Part shown: one piece after another, positions 1 through 13,009 of the stretch
Layout of the letters: every line of letters starts with the position of its first letter
How positions within the stretch are numbered: the first letter of the stretch is position 1
Assembly (NCBI GenBank): GCA_951406725.2
Contig: OX597828.1
Location: 19,530,001 to 19,594,000, forward strand
Length of the DNA stretch: 64,000 nucleotides
Reading direction: 5' to 3'
From: Octopus vulgaris
Lineage: Eukaryota
Made by a program: the position numbers and the translations under genes
The notes under the pieces: generated by a model
Database searches by the model: none
Told to the model about the DNA's origin: nothing
Seen by the model: only the letters and a program-made list of their open reading frames with translations

Positions 1-45
1 TGAAAATAAGGCTACTGAATAATAATAAAATAATAATAATAATAA

Positions 46-95
<50 letters not shown>
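1..95 (+). repeat. 3' tail of an R4/Dong-like element running into (AAT)n
   Basis: 1-20 tgaaaataaggctactgaat resembles the 3' terminus (taaaaataaaactactgaat) of the element at 6731-7354, followed by (AAT)n. Confidence 0.55.
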
Positions 96-97
<2 letters not shown>

Positions 98-390
98 GTA
101 GCAGTTGTAGGGGCATTCGGAGCACCAACAATCAAGTTGGAGAAATATGTCAAAGAAATCGGAATTGACATGAGAGCAGAGCAACCCCCACCCCAAATTG
201 TTCTGCTGGGGACAGCTGGGATTTTGAGATTGGTACTTGGGTTTTGGATATATTCCACGATAATTAACAACCAAATGTCAACGCTTATGATGTGCAGAAA
301 GAGACCCTGTGAGATTTCTGACAACAGGCTGCTGTCCGCTCTCGCAGAACCAACCAGAGCAAACAAAACCGAGCGCTCTGAGAAGTAAAA
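96..390 (+). mobile_element. R4/Dong-like non-LTR retrotransposon 3' end (REL endonuclease C-terminus plus 3' UTR)
   Basis: Translates VVGAFGAPTIKLEKYVKEIGIDMRAEQPPPQIVLLGTAGILRLVLG, homologous to IVGALGMI...QKIALLGTAHILRRTL at 6829-7182. Flanked by AAT/AAC repeats on both sides. Confidence 0.7.
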
Positions 391-1545
391 CAACAACAAC
401 AACAATAATAATAATAATAGTTTCAGATTTTAGCACAAGGCCAGTAATTTTTTAGAGGAGGGAACAAGTCAATTATATCGACTACAGAACTTGACTGGTA
501 CTTTATTTTATCGACCTCGAAATGATTAAAGTTAAAGTTGAGCTCGGCAGGATTTGAAGTCTAAATGATGCTTCTTTACTATTTCGTTTTTGTTCAGAAA
601 ATGGAGTATGAGTTGAAAGAAATTTAGCTTCTATTTCTAGTAGGATAGTTGATCGTGTAGAGGGCTGATCGTACGAGTGCTGTATGGTTACTCAGCCGTT
701 CACTGACCCAGATTCCTTTCACTCTGCTTCATCGGCAATACTCTGAAGATGGCTACTAGCTCGGCTGAAAGAGCAGTTAATCTATGTTCTTCGCATGACA
801 TTTCAAACGTACTATTATTTTATCTAGTCGCACGTTATGTTAGAGTATACAAACGGCTTAACAATAAATTGTTTAACAGCCTTTCTAGTCCTTTGTTTAA
901 TTAAACACAAGTAGGAATGCACATACACATACGTACATAGATACAAACTCTTTCTCCATCTCTCACACGCTTTGCATTTAGAATAAGCATTTAGAATTCT
1001 CGAGTAACTATGGTATACACTTATATCGAAATTAAACGACTGACAATAAAACGACTGCAGTATGTACATCGTTTACGATAAAACAAGAATAACAATTCAT
1101 ACGCAATAGCGTTGTCAGAATTTACGATATAACAAAAACAACGATGCAATCTTCGATATAGTAAAATAGATTTCGATTATAACATTATTATTTACGCTAA
1201 AAATCCACGTGTTCAAATTATCTACAAAGATTTGGAAAGGGAAATTGTATGTACAGTATGCTTCATTGAGTACCATCTATTTTTCTTATATTTTAAATTT
1301 ATTGCTTGCTTCATCAAATATTTAAATAAATTGTTTTTTTTTTCTAAATATAAAGAATTTCTTTCCTTTTTTTGCTTTCCTTCATTTACTTACCGTCTGT
1401 TTCATCGCATGTCCTTTTTTTTCGCAACTTTTAATTTACCGTCTGCTTCAATGAATCTCTTTTGTTTTCCATTTTACATCGTGTCGTCTGCTCCATTGAG
1501 TTTATTACCTACATATTCATTTTCACTCTTTTATTATTATTATTG

Positions 1546-1626
<81 letters not shown>

Positions 1627-1744
1627 TTCCTCTTTTTATTAGTTAATTTACTTCTGGTTAGCATTTTTCGGCTATTATTTTTGCAGTACAAAATAAATTT
1701 TTGCTCCATCAGGTGATATATACATATATACATACTACACATAC

Positions 1745-1829
<85 letters not shown>

Positions 1830-2056
1830 TGTATGTATGCATGTATGTATGTATAAATTTGATTCAACATTCCATTTCATCCATCGATAAATGGACATTC
1901 AATAATGGGTCAAAATTGCCCTTCCCTCTGTCTGTCTGTTTATTTGTCTGTCTGTATGTCTGTCTATGTATGTATAGATCTATCTATCTACCTCTCTCCC
2001 TCACTATATACACACATGCATACATATACACTTATAAATACAAATACGCATATATA

Positions 2057-2139
<83 letters not shown>

Positions 2140-3029
2140 CGTGTATGTGTGTGTATGTATGTATAGACACACACATGTATGCATATATAGATAAACACAC
2201 AAGCTGAATCACACTGACACACGAACACACATATTAGCACAAACATATACACTCATATGTAAGCAAAACCAAAAACAAAAAGGTAAAAATCTCAGCAAAA
2301 TAGATATTTTTTTTTTATCAGTAAAATGGAAATGAGATTTGATACTTTATCGGTTCCATCACGTTGTGAATTGCATAGACATTTTTTTGCTTCAATCACT
2401 GGTAATAGTGTTGAGAGCAGCTTTTAGTTTTACGCAGTCGCATTTGTAGATTATGTAAAAGTCATGTCAAAAATAATGAGGAAAAAAAATCACAAACTGT
2501 ATTATATACGTTAGGAGTAATCCGGACATATTTTTTAAAATATCTGTTTTGCTATTTCATTTTATTCTATGCCTCTCCCGGTCTCTCCCTGTCTGTTTGT
2601 CTGTCTGTGTGTGTGTGTGTCTCTCTGTCTCTCTCTGTCTCTGTCTCTCTCTCTCTGTGTCTCTCTGTGTCTCTCTCTCTCATTCCCTCCCTCTTTCTCT
2701 TTTTTCTTTCTTTCTTTCTTTTTTTCTTTCTTTCTTTTTGTATTTCTTTCTATCACTCTCCTCTCTCATTCACTCTCCATCTCTCACTTTCTCTCTCCCC
2801 TCTCTCTCTCTTTCTCTCTCTTCTCTTTCTGCACATGTATGTACGTGCGTGTTTATTTGTGAGTGTGCATGTGTTTATATTTGTATGTATGTACGCATGT
2901 ATGTCTGTATGTGTGTGTATGCGTGTGTATGTATGTATGTATGTATGTATGTATGTATGTATGTATGTATGTATGTATGTATGTATGTATGTATGTATGA
3001 CTATGTTGATATATATATATATATATATA

Positions 3030-3220
3030 AAATACTGGTAAAGGCCGGTTTATAGGGTTACCCTGGGTTTCTCCCCTTAAAGAGTGCCTTTGTAGCGTAT
3101 CCTTCATGGTGAGAAACCCAGGGTAACCCTATAAACCGGACTTCACTAGTAATTAATATAGACCGGTTTACTTCTTAGAGTGTGCTTCTTCCGATTTATG
3201 TTTTCTTAAAAAAAATAGCG
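3030..3220. mobile_element. Fold-back PLE-like terminus with degenerate HHR (same family as 14985-15297)
   Basis: Perfect 29-bp inverted repeat 3045-3073/3111-3139. Carries GAAA-CCCAGGG-TA-accc. Shares the arm sequence and the tail cttagagtgtgctt with the 15-kb copy. Flanked by (TA)n. Confidence 0.65.
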
Positions 3221-3253
3221 ATATATATATATATGTAAATATATATGTGTATA

Positions 3254-3320
<67 letters not shown>

Positions 3321-3367
3321 AAATAAAACTTACTTGGAAGAAGACGACGCGTGCGTTCAATCATATA

Positions 3368-3854
3368 ATAACAATTTAATAAATAAAACATATGCATACA
3401 TACCTACATCTATATGTATATATACATGCATATATGGGTACAGGACACCACAAATAAACGTAGAACACAACGAGAAACGAAAACATAAAAACAAAACAAG
3501 GAAACGGACTTTTTTTAACAACGAAAAAACAGAGTACAAGACAAACAACACAAAGAACATTCCCCTTCTTCAGCTGCCCCTGTTTCGACTCATTGCGTGT
3601 TTCGAAGGTACGTAATGAGTCGAAACAGGGGCAGCTGAAGAAGGGAAATGTTCCTTGTGTTGTCTGTCTTGTACTCTGTTTTTTCGTTGTTAAAAAAAGT
3701 CCGTTTCCTTGTTTTGTTTTTATGTTTTCGTTTCTCGTTGTGTTCTACGTTTATTTGTGGTGTCCTGTACCCATATATGTATGTATATATACATATAGAT
3801 GTAGGTATGTACATATATGTATGTATGTATGCATGTGTTTTATTTATTAAATTG

Positions 3855-3858
<4 letters not shown>
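3368..3858. repeat. ~490-bp palindrome (arms of ~230-250 bp, 11-nt spacer) between (TA)n tracts
   Basis: Arms 3368-3598 and 3610-3858 are near-identical reverse complements. The ORF track gives almost the same peptide on both strands (3334-3615 + and 3590-3814 -). A single-arm relative lies at ~21500-21800. Confidence 0.9.
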
Positions 3859-3902
<44 letters not shown>

Positions 3903-4029
3903 GTATATGTTTGTGTTTGTGTAAGAGTATATATGCATGTGTTTACATTTAAAAATACTCTGTGATAAATTTCTTAAAAGAAAGCTCCGAGCACCAACAC
4001 TATCTTTGACCTCTCGCTGTGACCTATGC

Positions 4030-4500
4030 TCTGTGACAAATTGAACCGATATTATCAATAAGCATTCTTTTACGAACAGTAAAACAGCACACAGCCATCC
4101 CACACATATTAGAGATCGGGAAAACTTCCGCTAAGATAAATTGTGAACTGAATATGACAGATCTTCCACTTGAAACTCAATAAAAGTTTATGTCTTTACA
4201 TAATATGCCTGACCGAATCCAGCAACAACAAATTGACTTTATTAAACCAGAAAATTCTTTACACCATTTATTCTTACCTACCCACACGACACTACAAACA
4301 TATGCTTCCCTGTTCTTTTTCTATCTACCTTTCTTACATAATCACTACTTCAGCCCGTCTATTCCACGTTTAATTCTAATTTATATTACACATCCTACCA
4401 AAAAGAACATCTTGCCAAGATACTATATATGATACCTGAAAAGCCTAAGTATGCCAGTCTCATAAGGGCTAGTAAGCCAAAATTTCGAAGCCACTTTCAA
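4030..4500 (+). pseudogene. Decayed 3' end of a Penelope-like element (GIY-YIG C-terminal region, 3' UTR, degenerate HHR)
   Basis: Peptide remnants RYYQ..HSFTN and ICLTESSNNKLTLLNQK..TRHYKHML resemble the PLE C-terminal pattern RYxNHxxSF...CLxEK...LLNKR...CRH. An eroded HHR follows at 4436-4495 (CTGAAAA gcct..aagc CAAAA TTTCGAAG). Confidence 0.45.
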
Positions 4501-4631
4501 ACATTTTTATGTGAAAATTGATAAAATTAATGATTTTGGATTTGGTTTGCAAGATTTTTTTATGTGAGTTCGTGTGTTGAAGCATCTTCTGTTGTGTCTG
4601 GGGTGAGTAATTTTCTTTTTGTGCCTTATAA

Positions 4632-4740
4632 TATCACCGGTAAAAATTTCCACTTATTTCTTATTTTTATCACCGGTAAAAATTTCCACTTATTTCTTAT
4701 TTTTATCACAGGTAAAAATTTCCACTTATTTCTTATTTTT
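4632..4740 (+). repeat. 36-bp tandem repeat x3 inside a PLE-like terminus
   Basis: atcaccggtaaaaatttccacttatttcttattttt occurs three times. Confidence 0.95.
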
Positions 4741-4746
4741 ATTTTC

Positions 4747-4783
4747 CTAAAAGTTTCGTTGCGTCTTGAAACCTTTTCAATAG
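4747..4783 (-). ncRNA. Minimal hammerhead ribozyme motif, U3-A8 core variant
   Basis: Minus strand: cta TTGAAAA G GTTTC aagac GCAAC GAAA ct TT tag. Stem I is cta/tag and stem II has 4 of 5 pairs. A hairpin caatagtc-aa-gactattg (4778-4795) overlaps the 5' end. Confidence 0.5.
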
Positions 4784-4793
4784 TCAAGACTAT

Positions 4794-4833
<40 letters not shown>

Positions 4834-4869
4834 CGTGTGTTTGTGTATCTATATATATTCATGTATATT

Positions 4870-5140
4870 GAGGACTCATGGTTTAGTGGTTAGGGAGTTG
4901 CACTCACGATCGCTAGATCGTTATTTCAATTCCTAGACCGAGAAAGGTGCGTTGTGATCTTGAGCAAAGCACTTCATCTCACGCTGCTCTGCGATCACTT
5001 TGACACACGACGCGTGGTACACCACGCGCCTTTTCAGACAACGTCAATTTGATGGAGAGAGTGAGCTAATGTGAGGCACGAGCATTTGACCACTATAAAC
5101 AAATCGTTCGAGCAGGTGGTTCGACAGACGGAAGAGTCCA
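4870..5140 (+). mobile_element. tRNA-derived SINE, family C
   Basis: A/B-box-like head (tggtttagtggttagg...tttcaattcc) and core ttgagcaaagcacttcat shared with 23838-24080, 50320-50575, 56540-56680 and 63790-64000. Confidence 0.7.
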
Positions 5141-5168
5141 TCATGTATACATTTAAGCACACACACAT

Positions 5169-5221
<53 letters not shown>

Positions 5222-5448
5222 TAAATACATGTGTATATGTTATATATATTTATATATATATATATATATATGTTATATATATATATATGTTATATATATA
5301 TATGTTATATATATATATATATATATATGCATATATATATATATGCATAAATATATATATATATAACATATATATATATATATGTTATATATATATATTT
5401 ATGCATATATATATATGCATAAATATATATTCATATATATCTATATCC

Positions 5449-5513
<65 letters not shown>

Positions 5514-5551
5514 CCCATCAATCAATCAATCAATCTATATACCTATCTATA

Positions 5552-5609
<58 letters not shown>

Positions 5610-5638
5610 TATACATACATATATATATATAATATATA

Positions 5639-6545
5639 CGAGGAGGTACCCAAAAAGTAACCGGAAACGTTCTCTGTGTAACAAGCCCGTTGTAGTTCAA
5701 GAACAAGCCTGTTGTAGTTCAAGCTTCTGCCGCTTGAAGCTACTTGATACAACCTTCAGGTATCAGTCTGCCGACCGGCGTTGTCCAGTGGGATAATATC
5801 GCCACCTGGTGCGTCTTTGTTTTGCAGTGATTGTCCCCTGTTCGTCGATTTTTGCCATGGCTGATACGAAGGAACAACGTGCTTCTGTGAAATGCTGTTT
5901 TTCACTGGGGGAAAACGGCGGCCGAAACAGTTGTCATACTTCAAACAGGTTACAAGGACGCTACCATGAGCAAAACACGCTTTAGAAATGGTCAGTTGTC
6001 GCTTGAGGACCAACATCGTTCAGGGAAACTGTCGACCTCCTGAATTAATGAAAGCATGAAAATTCATGAAATGATGTTGGAGGACCCTCACCGAAGAATT
6101 GACGAACTTGCTGATATGTCTGGTGTGTCCTGGAGCTCTCCTTCCAACGAATTTTGAGCAAGGAATTGCAAAAGTAAAGAGTTGCAGCACAACTTGTGCC
6201 TCGCTTGCTGACGGAAGATCAAAAGCAGTCACAACAAATGTGTGTCGTGAACTGAAAGAACAGTTGGAAATTGACCCAGGTCTGTTTTCGAAGATCATCA
6301 CTGGCCACGAATGCTGGTGTTATGGAACTTGCAGATGTGAAAGAAGTGAACAAAAAATGACGGAGGCGTTAAAAGGCATCACTCTGCAAGGACTCCAGCA
6401 CTGCTTCGAACAGTGGAAAACGCGTTTAGACCGATGCATTACTTCAAATGGAGAAATACTTTGAAGGCGATAAAAGTGTAATTATGTAAAACTAAGTGAA
6501 TAAAATGATGTTGCAAAATTCTGGTTTCTTTTGAGTACCTCCGCG
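5639..6545 (+). mobile_element. Internally deleted mariner element
   Basis: TIRs cgaggaggtacccaaaaagtaaccggaa / ttctggtttcttttgagtacctccgcg, with TA on the left. Frameshifted transposase remnants EQRASVKCCFSLG, LVPRLLTEDQK, FSKIITGHECWCYG and CFEQWKTRLDRCITSNGE. The catalytic middle is deleted. Confidence 0.9.
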
Positions 6546-6653
6546 TTTATATTCATACATACACGCATATATGTAGCGTTTTTAACATTATACCTCTTTA
6601 AATCGACTGGCCCTCTCCCTCAATTTTCAAGCCTTGTGCCTATAGTAGAAAGG

Positions 6654-6715
<62 letters not shown>

Positions 6716-6730
6716 CATTATTATTATTAT

Positions 6731-7354
6731 TCAGTAGTTTTATTTTTATAGCGTGCTTTCACTTCACTACCGAGCGCAGCTCTGTGTGCCTTGGGTATGT
6801 GCTGTGATTTGTTGTGATGCTCTGATGGTTATTGTATGGAAAGTGTTCTGCGTAAGATGTGTGCAGTGCCTAGTAGTGCAATTTTCTGTATGTTATATGT
6901 GTTTGTAAGTCCTGGTGTTTTTGTTATGTATTTGTCTGAATATTTTTTTATCATGCCTAATGCACCTACTATGATAGGAATTGTTTCTGTTTTCAGATTC
7001 CACATTCTAGTTACCTCTATTTCCAGGTCTTTGTATTTTGAGAGTTTCTCCATTTCTTTTAGAGACACGTTGTCATCTGCCGGTATTGATACATCAATTA
7101 GAAAGCATTTTTTTTCTTCATGATCTCTGACAACTATATCTGGTCTGTTGGCCTTAATTTCTCTATCTGTGTGTATCGGCATATCCCAGAGTATGGTTGC
7201 TTTTTCGTTTTCTGTGACCTTTTCTGGTGTGTGCCTATACCATCTTTTTTCTGTTGTTATTCCATAATGTTGGCATAGCTTTCAATGTATGTAGGTTCCA
7301 ACTCTGTCATGTCTGAATATATTCCTTCTTAGCCAGGACTGGGCAGCTAGAGAT
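6731..7354 (-). mobile_element. R4/Dong-like non-LTR retrotransposon, 5'-truncated, inserted in (AAT)n
   Basis: ORF 6829-7182 carries restriction-like endonuclease motifs RPDIVV..D, IDVSIP and EKLSKYKDL. Upstream are the end of the CCHC knuckle (IISSCPVLA) and RHD. AAT repeats lie on both flanks. Confidence 0.9.
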
Positions 7355-7379
7355 ATTATTATTATCATTATTATTATCA

Positions 7380-7431
<52 letters not shown>

Positions 7432-7517
7432 CATCATCATCATTATTACTATTATTATCATCATCATCATCATCATTATTCTTATTATTATTATTATCAT
7501 CATCATCATCATCATCA

Positions 7518-7569
<52 letters not shown>

Positions 7570-8446
7570 CATTATTATCGGCACATATTTTTCGAGTATT
7601 TATATTTTTTATGCTTTAGATTTTATAATTTTTCTTTAAATATGTCTATATTTTACCATTATCTCAATATCCTGCTTCTGATTCATGGCTTAAAATTAAT
7701 AGATTGTATGTATGTCTTTCCAGACATTCCATATGTAAGTGCCTTGAGCAGTCTTCATAGAAACCACCTAACAATTAATCAATTAAGCACAAGAATAGCT
7801 ATTAAACTGATTCTGCATAATCTTCTTTTTTAATGTTTATAATTGATACATACACAGCTTTTAGCTATTTGGGTTAGGATATCATTTTAGAATTCTTAAA
7901 TTTCGTTTTTATACAACATAACAATATTGTTTATAAACGTCCCCCCATCGTGCCCCGAAGAAATTTTCCTTCTATTAGCATCTTAAGTTTCTTAGTGTCA
8001 TGCCCCTTTAACTGGGGATTAACATCATGATTTAAAGTCTACTACCCTACCTTGCCTCTTCTTTTATAGACAATTATTTCTATCAAATTAACTCTTCCCA
8101 ATATCTTATTTCCTTTCTCTTGGGGAAAAGGGACACCTATGATAATATTTATGACCATACCTAGCCACGGACTGTCAACTCACTCTTGTTCTTTATTCAA
8201 AATAGACACAGTCTTCAAGCCTCAGATTTAATAGATGATAAAGAGATAAATAAATTAGAAATGAATTACAACCCTTACAACCCTATGATCCCACTATGCT
8301 TCATGCGATTCTTAGAAATTGTAGTCTATTTTAGCCACTTTGCTACAATAGCGACAACATGAATTTCTTCTAGCTTCTTACTCTGTTAAAACATTAAAGA
8401 AAAATTATATTAATGTGTCCTACTTGTTAAAAAAATCTATATTTTG

Positions 8447-8532
8447 TGCAGCTGAAGATAGCACTATACTTAAATTGATGTAATGATTGCATAATGATTG
8501 ATGTAATGATCGCTTGAAACGGTCGTACTGCA
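8447..8532 (+). ncRNA. Minimal hammerhead ribozyme motif
   Basis: tgcag CTGAAGA t agc-[AT-rich loop]-gct t GAAA C ggtc G TA ctgca. Stem I has 5 perfect pairs, stem III is near-palindromic (ACGGTCGT) and the site is GUA. A T-rich tail and (TA)n follow. Confidence 0.65.
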
Positions 8533-8592
8533 TTATAAGACTATATTTGTTCCACGTCCTCGCGTTGTGTTTTTTGTGCTTTCTTGTTTGGA

Positions 8593-8648
<56 letters not shown>

Positions 8649-8761
8649 GTGTGAGTGTGTGTGTGTATACACCCACACACATATGCTAACATATCCAAAC
8701 AGCATTATATATCTACATTATTTACAATTGACGGATATTTGTTCTCATCTTGTTTGTTGTT

Positions 8762-8807
8762 AACACAACGTTTCGGTTGATATACCCTCCAGCCTTCATC
8801 AGGTGTC
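8762..8807 (-). ncRNA. Minimal hammerhead ribozyme (left arm)
   Basis: gacac CTGATGA a GGCTG gagggtatat CAACC GAAA CG TT gtgtt. Canonical core, palindromic AACGTT, one stem II mismatch. Confidence 0.8.
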
Positions 8808-8946
8808 TTGGAGAATTTTCCAGCCTGGGTTCTCATTCCTAAGGTATTTTTCGATGTTATAATAATAATAATAATAATAATAATTATTATTATTATTAAT
8901 AATTCAGGTCTTAGGAATGAGAACCCAGATTCGAAATTTCCCCCAA

Positions 8947-8992
8947 GACACCTGATGAAGGCTGGAGGTTATATCAGCTGAAACGTTCTGTT
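8947..8992 (+). ncRNA. Minimal hammerhead ribozyme (right arm)
   Basis: gacac CTGATGA a GGCTG gaggttatat CAGCT GAAA CG TT ctgtt. Canonical core, one stem I mismatch. Confidence 0.75.
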
Positions 8993-9349
8993 AACAACAA
9001 ACAAGATGAGGAAAATATCCATCGAATGTAAATAATGTAAATAATGTATATAATTCTTCATCTTTCAAATATAGAACTGTAGCATTATATATATATATAT
9101 ATAAGAAATATATATATATATATATAAATACATATACATGTATACATATACACACACACATTACTATACATACATATATACATGCATACATGCGTGCATG
9201 CTTACATGCGTGCATGCATACATGCGTGCATGCATACATGCGTGCATGCATACGTACACGCACGCATGCATACGCGCACGCACGCACACACACGCACATA
9301 TAACGGCGTTAAATTGCAGTGTGAATGTTTAAGCAGCTCTAAATAAATA

Positions 9350-10560
9350 TTTTATATAGAAGGTTTTATCAGAAAGTTTTCGATCAGCTTGTACTACGAG
9401 CACAGCTGACGATCATCGCTAGCCACCTTACTAAGTCAAATTACGCATAAGACATCAGCTGCTCGGGGTTCAATTTCCACCTGTAGTTTCAACATTGTTT
9501 CTGAACAGCTCTTTTGATTTTTACGGTCGAGTGTGAGTTAAAAATGAAGCACGCTCGAGGTAGCAGATCATTTGTCAAACGATAGAAAATGTGGAAAATT
9601 TTGGCCATTTCTTCCATAACAATCGTTGCTGAACAATCCATTAGTTTTCTCGCCCGACTGAAATCAATAATAGAATCGTCCAGGAGAATCTGATGGAAAA
9701 TCTGACTCTGTGTTGCGTTATGGAAAAATTTGCTTCCCTGTATGATCAATAGTTACCGTGAATCTTCGAGTATAATCCGCATTTTCTCCCCCCAAATATA
9801 AAGGTTAAAATCCCTAGTGCGTACTATATACGAGGTTAAAAATATTTTCTAAGCAATGTCCGAGTCTCTATTTGCTGTCTGGTAATGTTTATACAGACGC
9901 ATATTGTGATGTCGGGCGTGAAAATACCTTAAGCTAAGCCTGAAAGCAATGAAGTCATAAAAGAATCATCCATAACTTGAGTAAGCAACATTTATTAAAA
10001 TAAAAGTATTCAGATCACAGAATAACGTGTAACAAAAACAAAATATTTGCAAACATATTTACATTCCCATATAACAGTTAAGAATATCACCATTATCGTA
10101 TTACGCATGCACGGAAGTGTTCGTTCGACTAGGTGCTGCTGGCTTAATTACGCACGACTCAAGTTAGAGAGGGGGTGCGTATTATACACAAGGTTTAGGT
10201 TTTTCAGAGGTACAGCCCCCTAAAAATTCCCTGCGTATTATACTCACGGGCGGACTATACTCGAGGATTTACGGTATAGTATTCTCATGACCTGCCCACA
10301 GCAGCTGCATCGTGTTTCACAAAATTAAACTCTGGCTGATGGCCGCCGCAGCGAGGGAGGGTAGAATGATTTTCAAACAGAATCACAAGTTGTATTGGAT
10401 GAACTTCAAGAAAGAATTTTCGTGAAGATCTAGTGGCGTGGGTAACGCTTCCAAATGGAAGCACTGTCTGAAACTTTGGATAATCCATTCAAAAAGGCAG
10501 GTTTTTTTGTACTTTTTTGGTCGATTTTACCAAACTGTTTTATAAAGTACCTTATGTACA
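9350..10560 (+). mobile_element. Highly decayed mariner-like relic interrupted by a MITE
   Basis: 9550-9740 resembles the second HTH/linker region of mariner transposases (..ENVENF....NNR..TI.....NRIVQENLMENL....KFAS). Weak by-eye match. Confidence 0.4.
9756..10274. mobile_element. pogo/Tigger-like MITE
   Basis: TIRs CCGTgaatcttcgagtataatccgc / gcggactatactcgaggatttACGG, TA on both sides, and internal subterminal repeats (gcgtattatac). No ORF. Confidence 0.9.
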
Positions 10561-11151
10561 AGAGAATCCTTTTATGACTAGTCCAGGCCCTTTGTGATTG
10601 TTCCCCAGAAAGTGTAGCGTTGGTAGAAACAACCGTGACTTACTACTCGTCAGCAAGACTTGCTCCTCTTGTGTTGCGGTGTATAAGAGGTGGAATTGTA
10701 AACATCTTCGAAAACAGCAAGAAGTGAACTTCCTCGAATACAAGTTGACAGACATCTTGCACACTCGTATGAAGGTATGTAAGTATATATGTTCGCATGT
10801 ATGCATGTGTTTGTGTGTGAGTCCAAGAGCGTGCGTGTGTGTTTGTGTGTATGTATGCACGTATGTTATGTTATGCATGTATGTATATTTTCTTTCATTT
10901 TTTTTTATTATTTGAAGTTTTCCTGTAAGAAAGGAACTGATTTCCAACAAAGAAGTAAAGCTTCATCTTTGAAATGCAGATAAAAACAATGTTACATTTT
11001 GAATTTGAGAAAAGTCTTTTCCCCTTTCTGCTTACACATTGTGTATGTATATATGTTGGCATGCTTGTGCATACGTAATATATATATATATATATATATG
11101 CATGCATATGTATGTGCGTATATGTATGTGTGTATGTATTTATGAATGTAC

Positions 11152-11214
<63 letters not shown>

Positions 11215-11630
11215 TGTATGTATGTGATATACTAACGAGCAGAAACACGAGTCTCCGATTACCGATATACACATTATCAACTTTGAATAAATAATATTAT
11301 CTTCCCATGCTTCGCAATAGTGAGTAATTTCTTTTGATAAATTGCAATCTCTGATGCAATTGATTCATCACACACTCATACACACACACACAGACACATA
11401 CACACGCACGCACAAGCACACACAATAGAAATACACACATTTATATACATGTGTGTATGCGTGTGTGTGTGTGTTCTTGCGTCTATAACAGATATAAACT
11501 TTTACGGATATATATATATATACATATATATACATACATACATATATGCACACACATAAACACACACATTTGTATTTGTATGGATATATATACACACACA
11601 CATGTGAGTATACTTGTGTGTATGTATGTC

Positions 11631-11677
<47 letters not shown>

Positions 11678-11807
11678 ATGTGTGTATGTATGTCTGTATA
11701 TATATGTATACATTTACATATATACATACAATCACATACACAAGTATATGATATATGTATATGTATATATATATATGTATATGTATATATATATATATGT
11801 GTGTGTA

Positions 11808-11848
<41 letters not shown>

Positions 11849-12463
11849 TCACCCACACACATACACGAACACATACATGCACTTTCTGAAACTTTCTCGA
11901 GAACGAACAATGTGAAACTAACCACACAAACAAGCAACATAAAAAAAAACAAACAATACCAACAAACAAACAAGCCAACGTAAAATACGGCAAACAACTA
12001 AATCACAAAAGCCCGTTAGGCGAAGACATGGAAATTGATGGATCTTATGAATATTGGGGGATTCTATATATAAAATAAATTCAGCAGATATATTCTAACC
12101 AGATATGCCAAATTTTCAGTATGGTGCCGTAAACACACCAGAAAGAATGAAATAAAGAAAGGAAGGAAGGAAGAAAGAGAGTAAAAAATAATAGCGTCTT
12201 GGAAATGAAGAGGCAATTTAACGTGAATGTTGTGAAAAAGTAAATATATGGAAATATGGGAGCATCTAGGAATCATGGATAATGAGACGAAATTTCCGGT
12301 TCCTATAAATAACATGATGGCTTTCACCTCTGCCGTCGTTGTTTTTCGTGCAACATCACGTACACGAATGTGTTTGTGTGTATTATGAATATGTGTGTAC
12401 GCATGTATGTATGTATATGTATGTTTGTGCATGTTTATGTATGTATTCCTGTATGTATGTATG

Positions 12464-12508
<45 letters not shown>

Positions 12509-12587
12509 TAGTGTATGTACCTTAGTGTATGTATCTCTGTGTGTGGTATATATATATATGTGTGTGTATTGTAAAACAAGATACACA

Positions 12588-12627
<40 letters not shown>

Positions 12628-12927
12628 AATATACTATCATAAATTATATATATGTGTGTGTATGATGCATAATATATCTATCATGTCGCTTGATATATGT
12701 ATATATAAGTATGCATGTATATATATAAAAATATATATATATATGTATATATATATATAATTATATATACATATATACTTATATATACATATATCAAATG
12801 ACATGATAAATACATATATTAATATATATATATAATATATAGTATATATATATACATATATATACATAAATAGAGAGAGAGAAAGAAAAAGAGATAGATA
12901 GATATATAGGTAGATATATAGATAAAT

Positions 12928-12958
<31 letters not shown>

Positions 12959-13009
12959 GGAAGAAAAGAAAACCAAACAAGCGCGTGGGCGTAGCAGAAG
13001 GCATGTATC

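Larger units (their letters stand above)
8714..9039. mobile_element. Fold-back PLE-like terminus with an HHR in each arm
   Basis: Arms ~8714-8843 / 8910-9039 around an (AAT)n-(ATT)n centre. Confidence 0.85.

Noticed and set aside
735-780. HHR at act CTGAAGA t GGCT..GGCT GAAA gagc agt
   Set aside because: There is no UH cleavage site, so it is kept only as a possible decayed copy.
4632-4740. 36-bp repeats as a CRISPR array
   Set aside because: They are directly tandem with no spacers, in a eukaryotic context with no cas genes.
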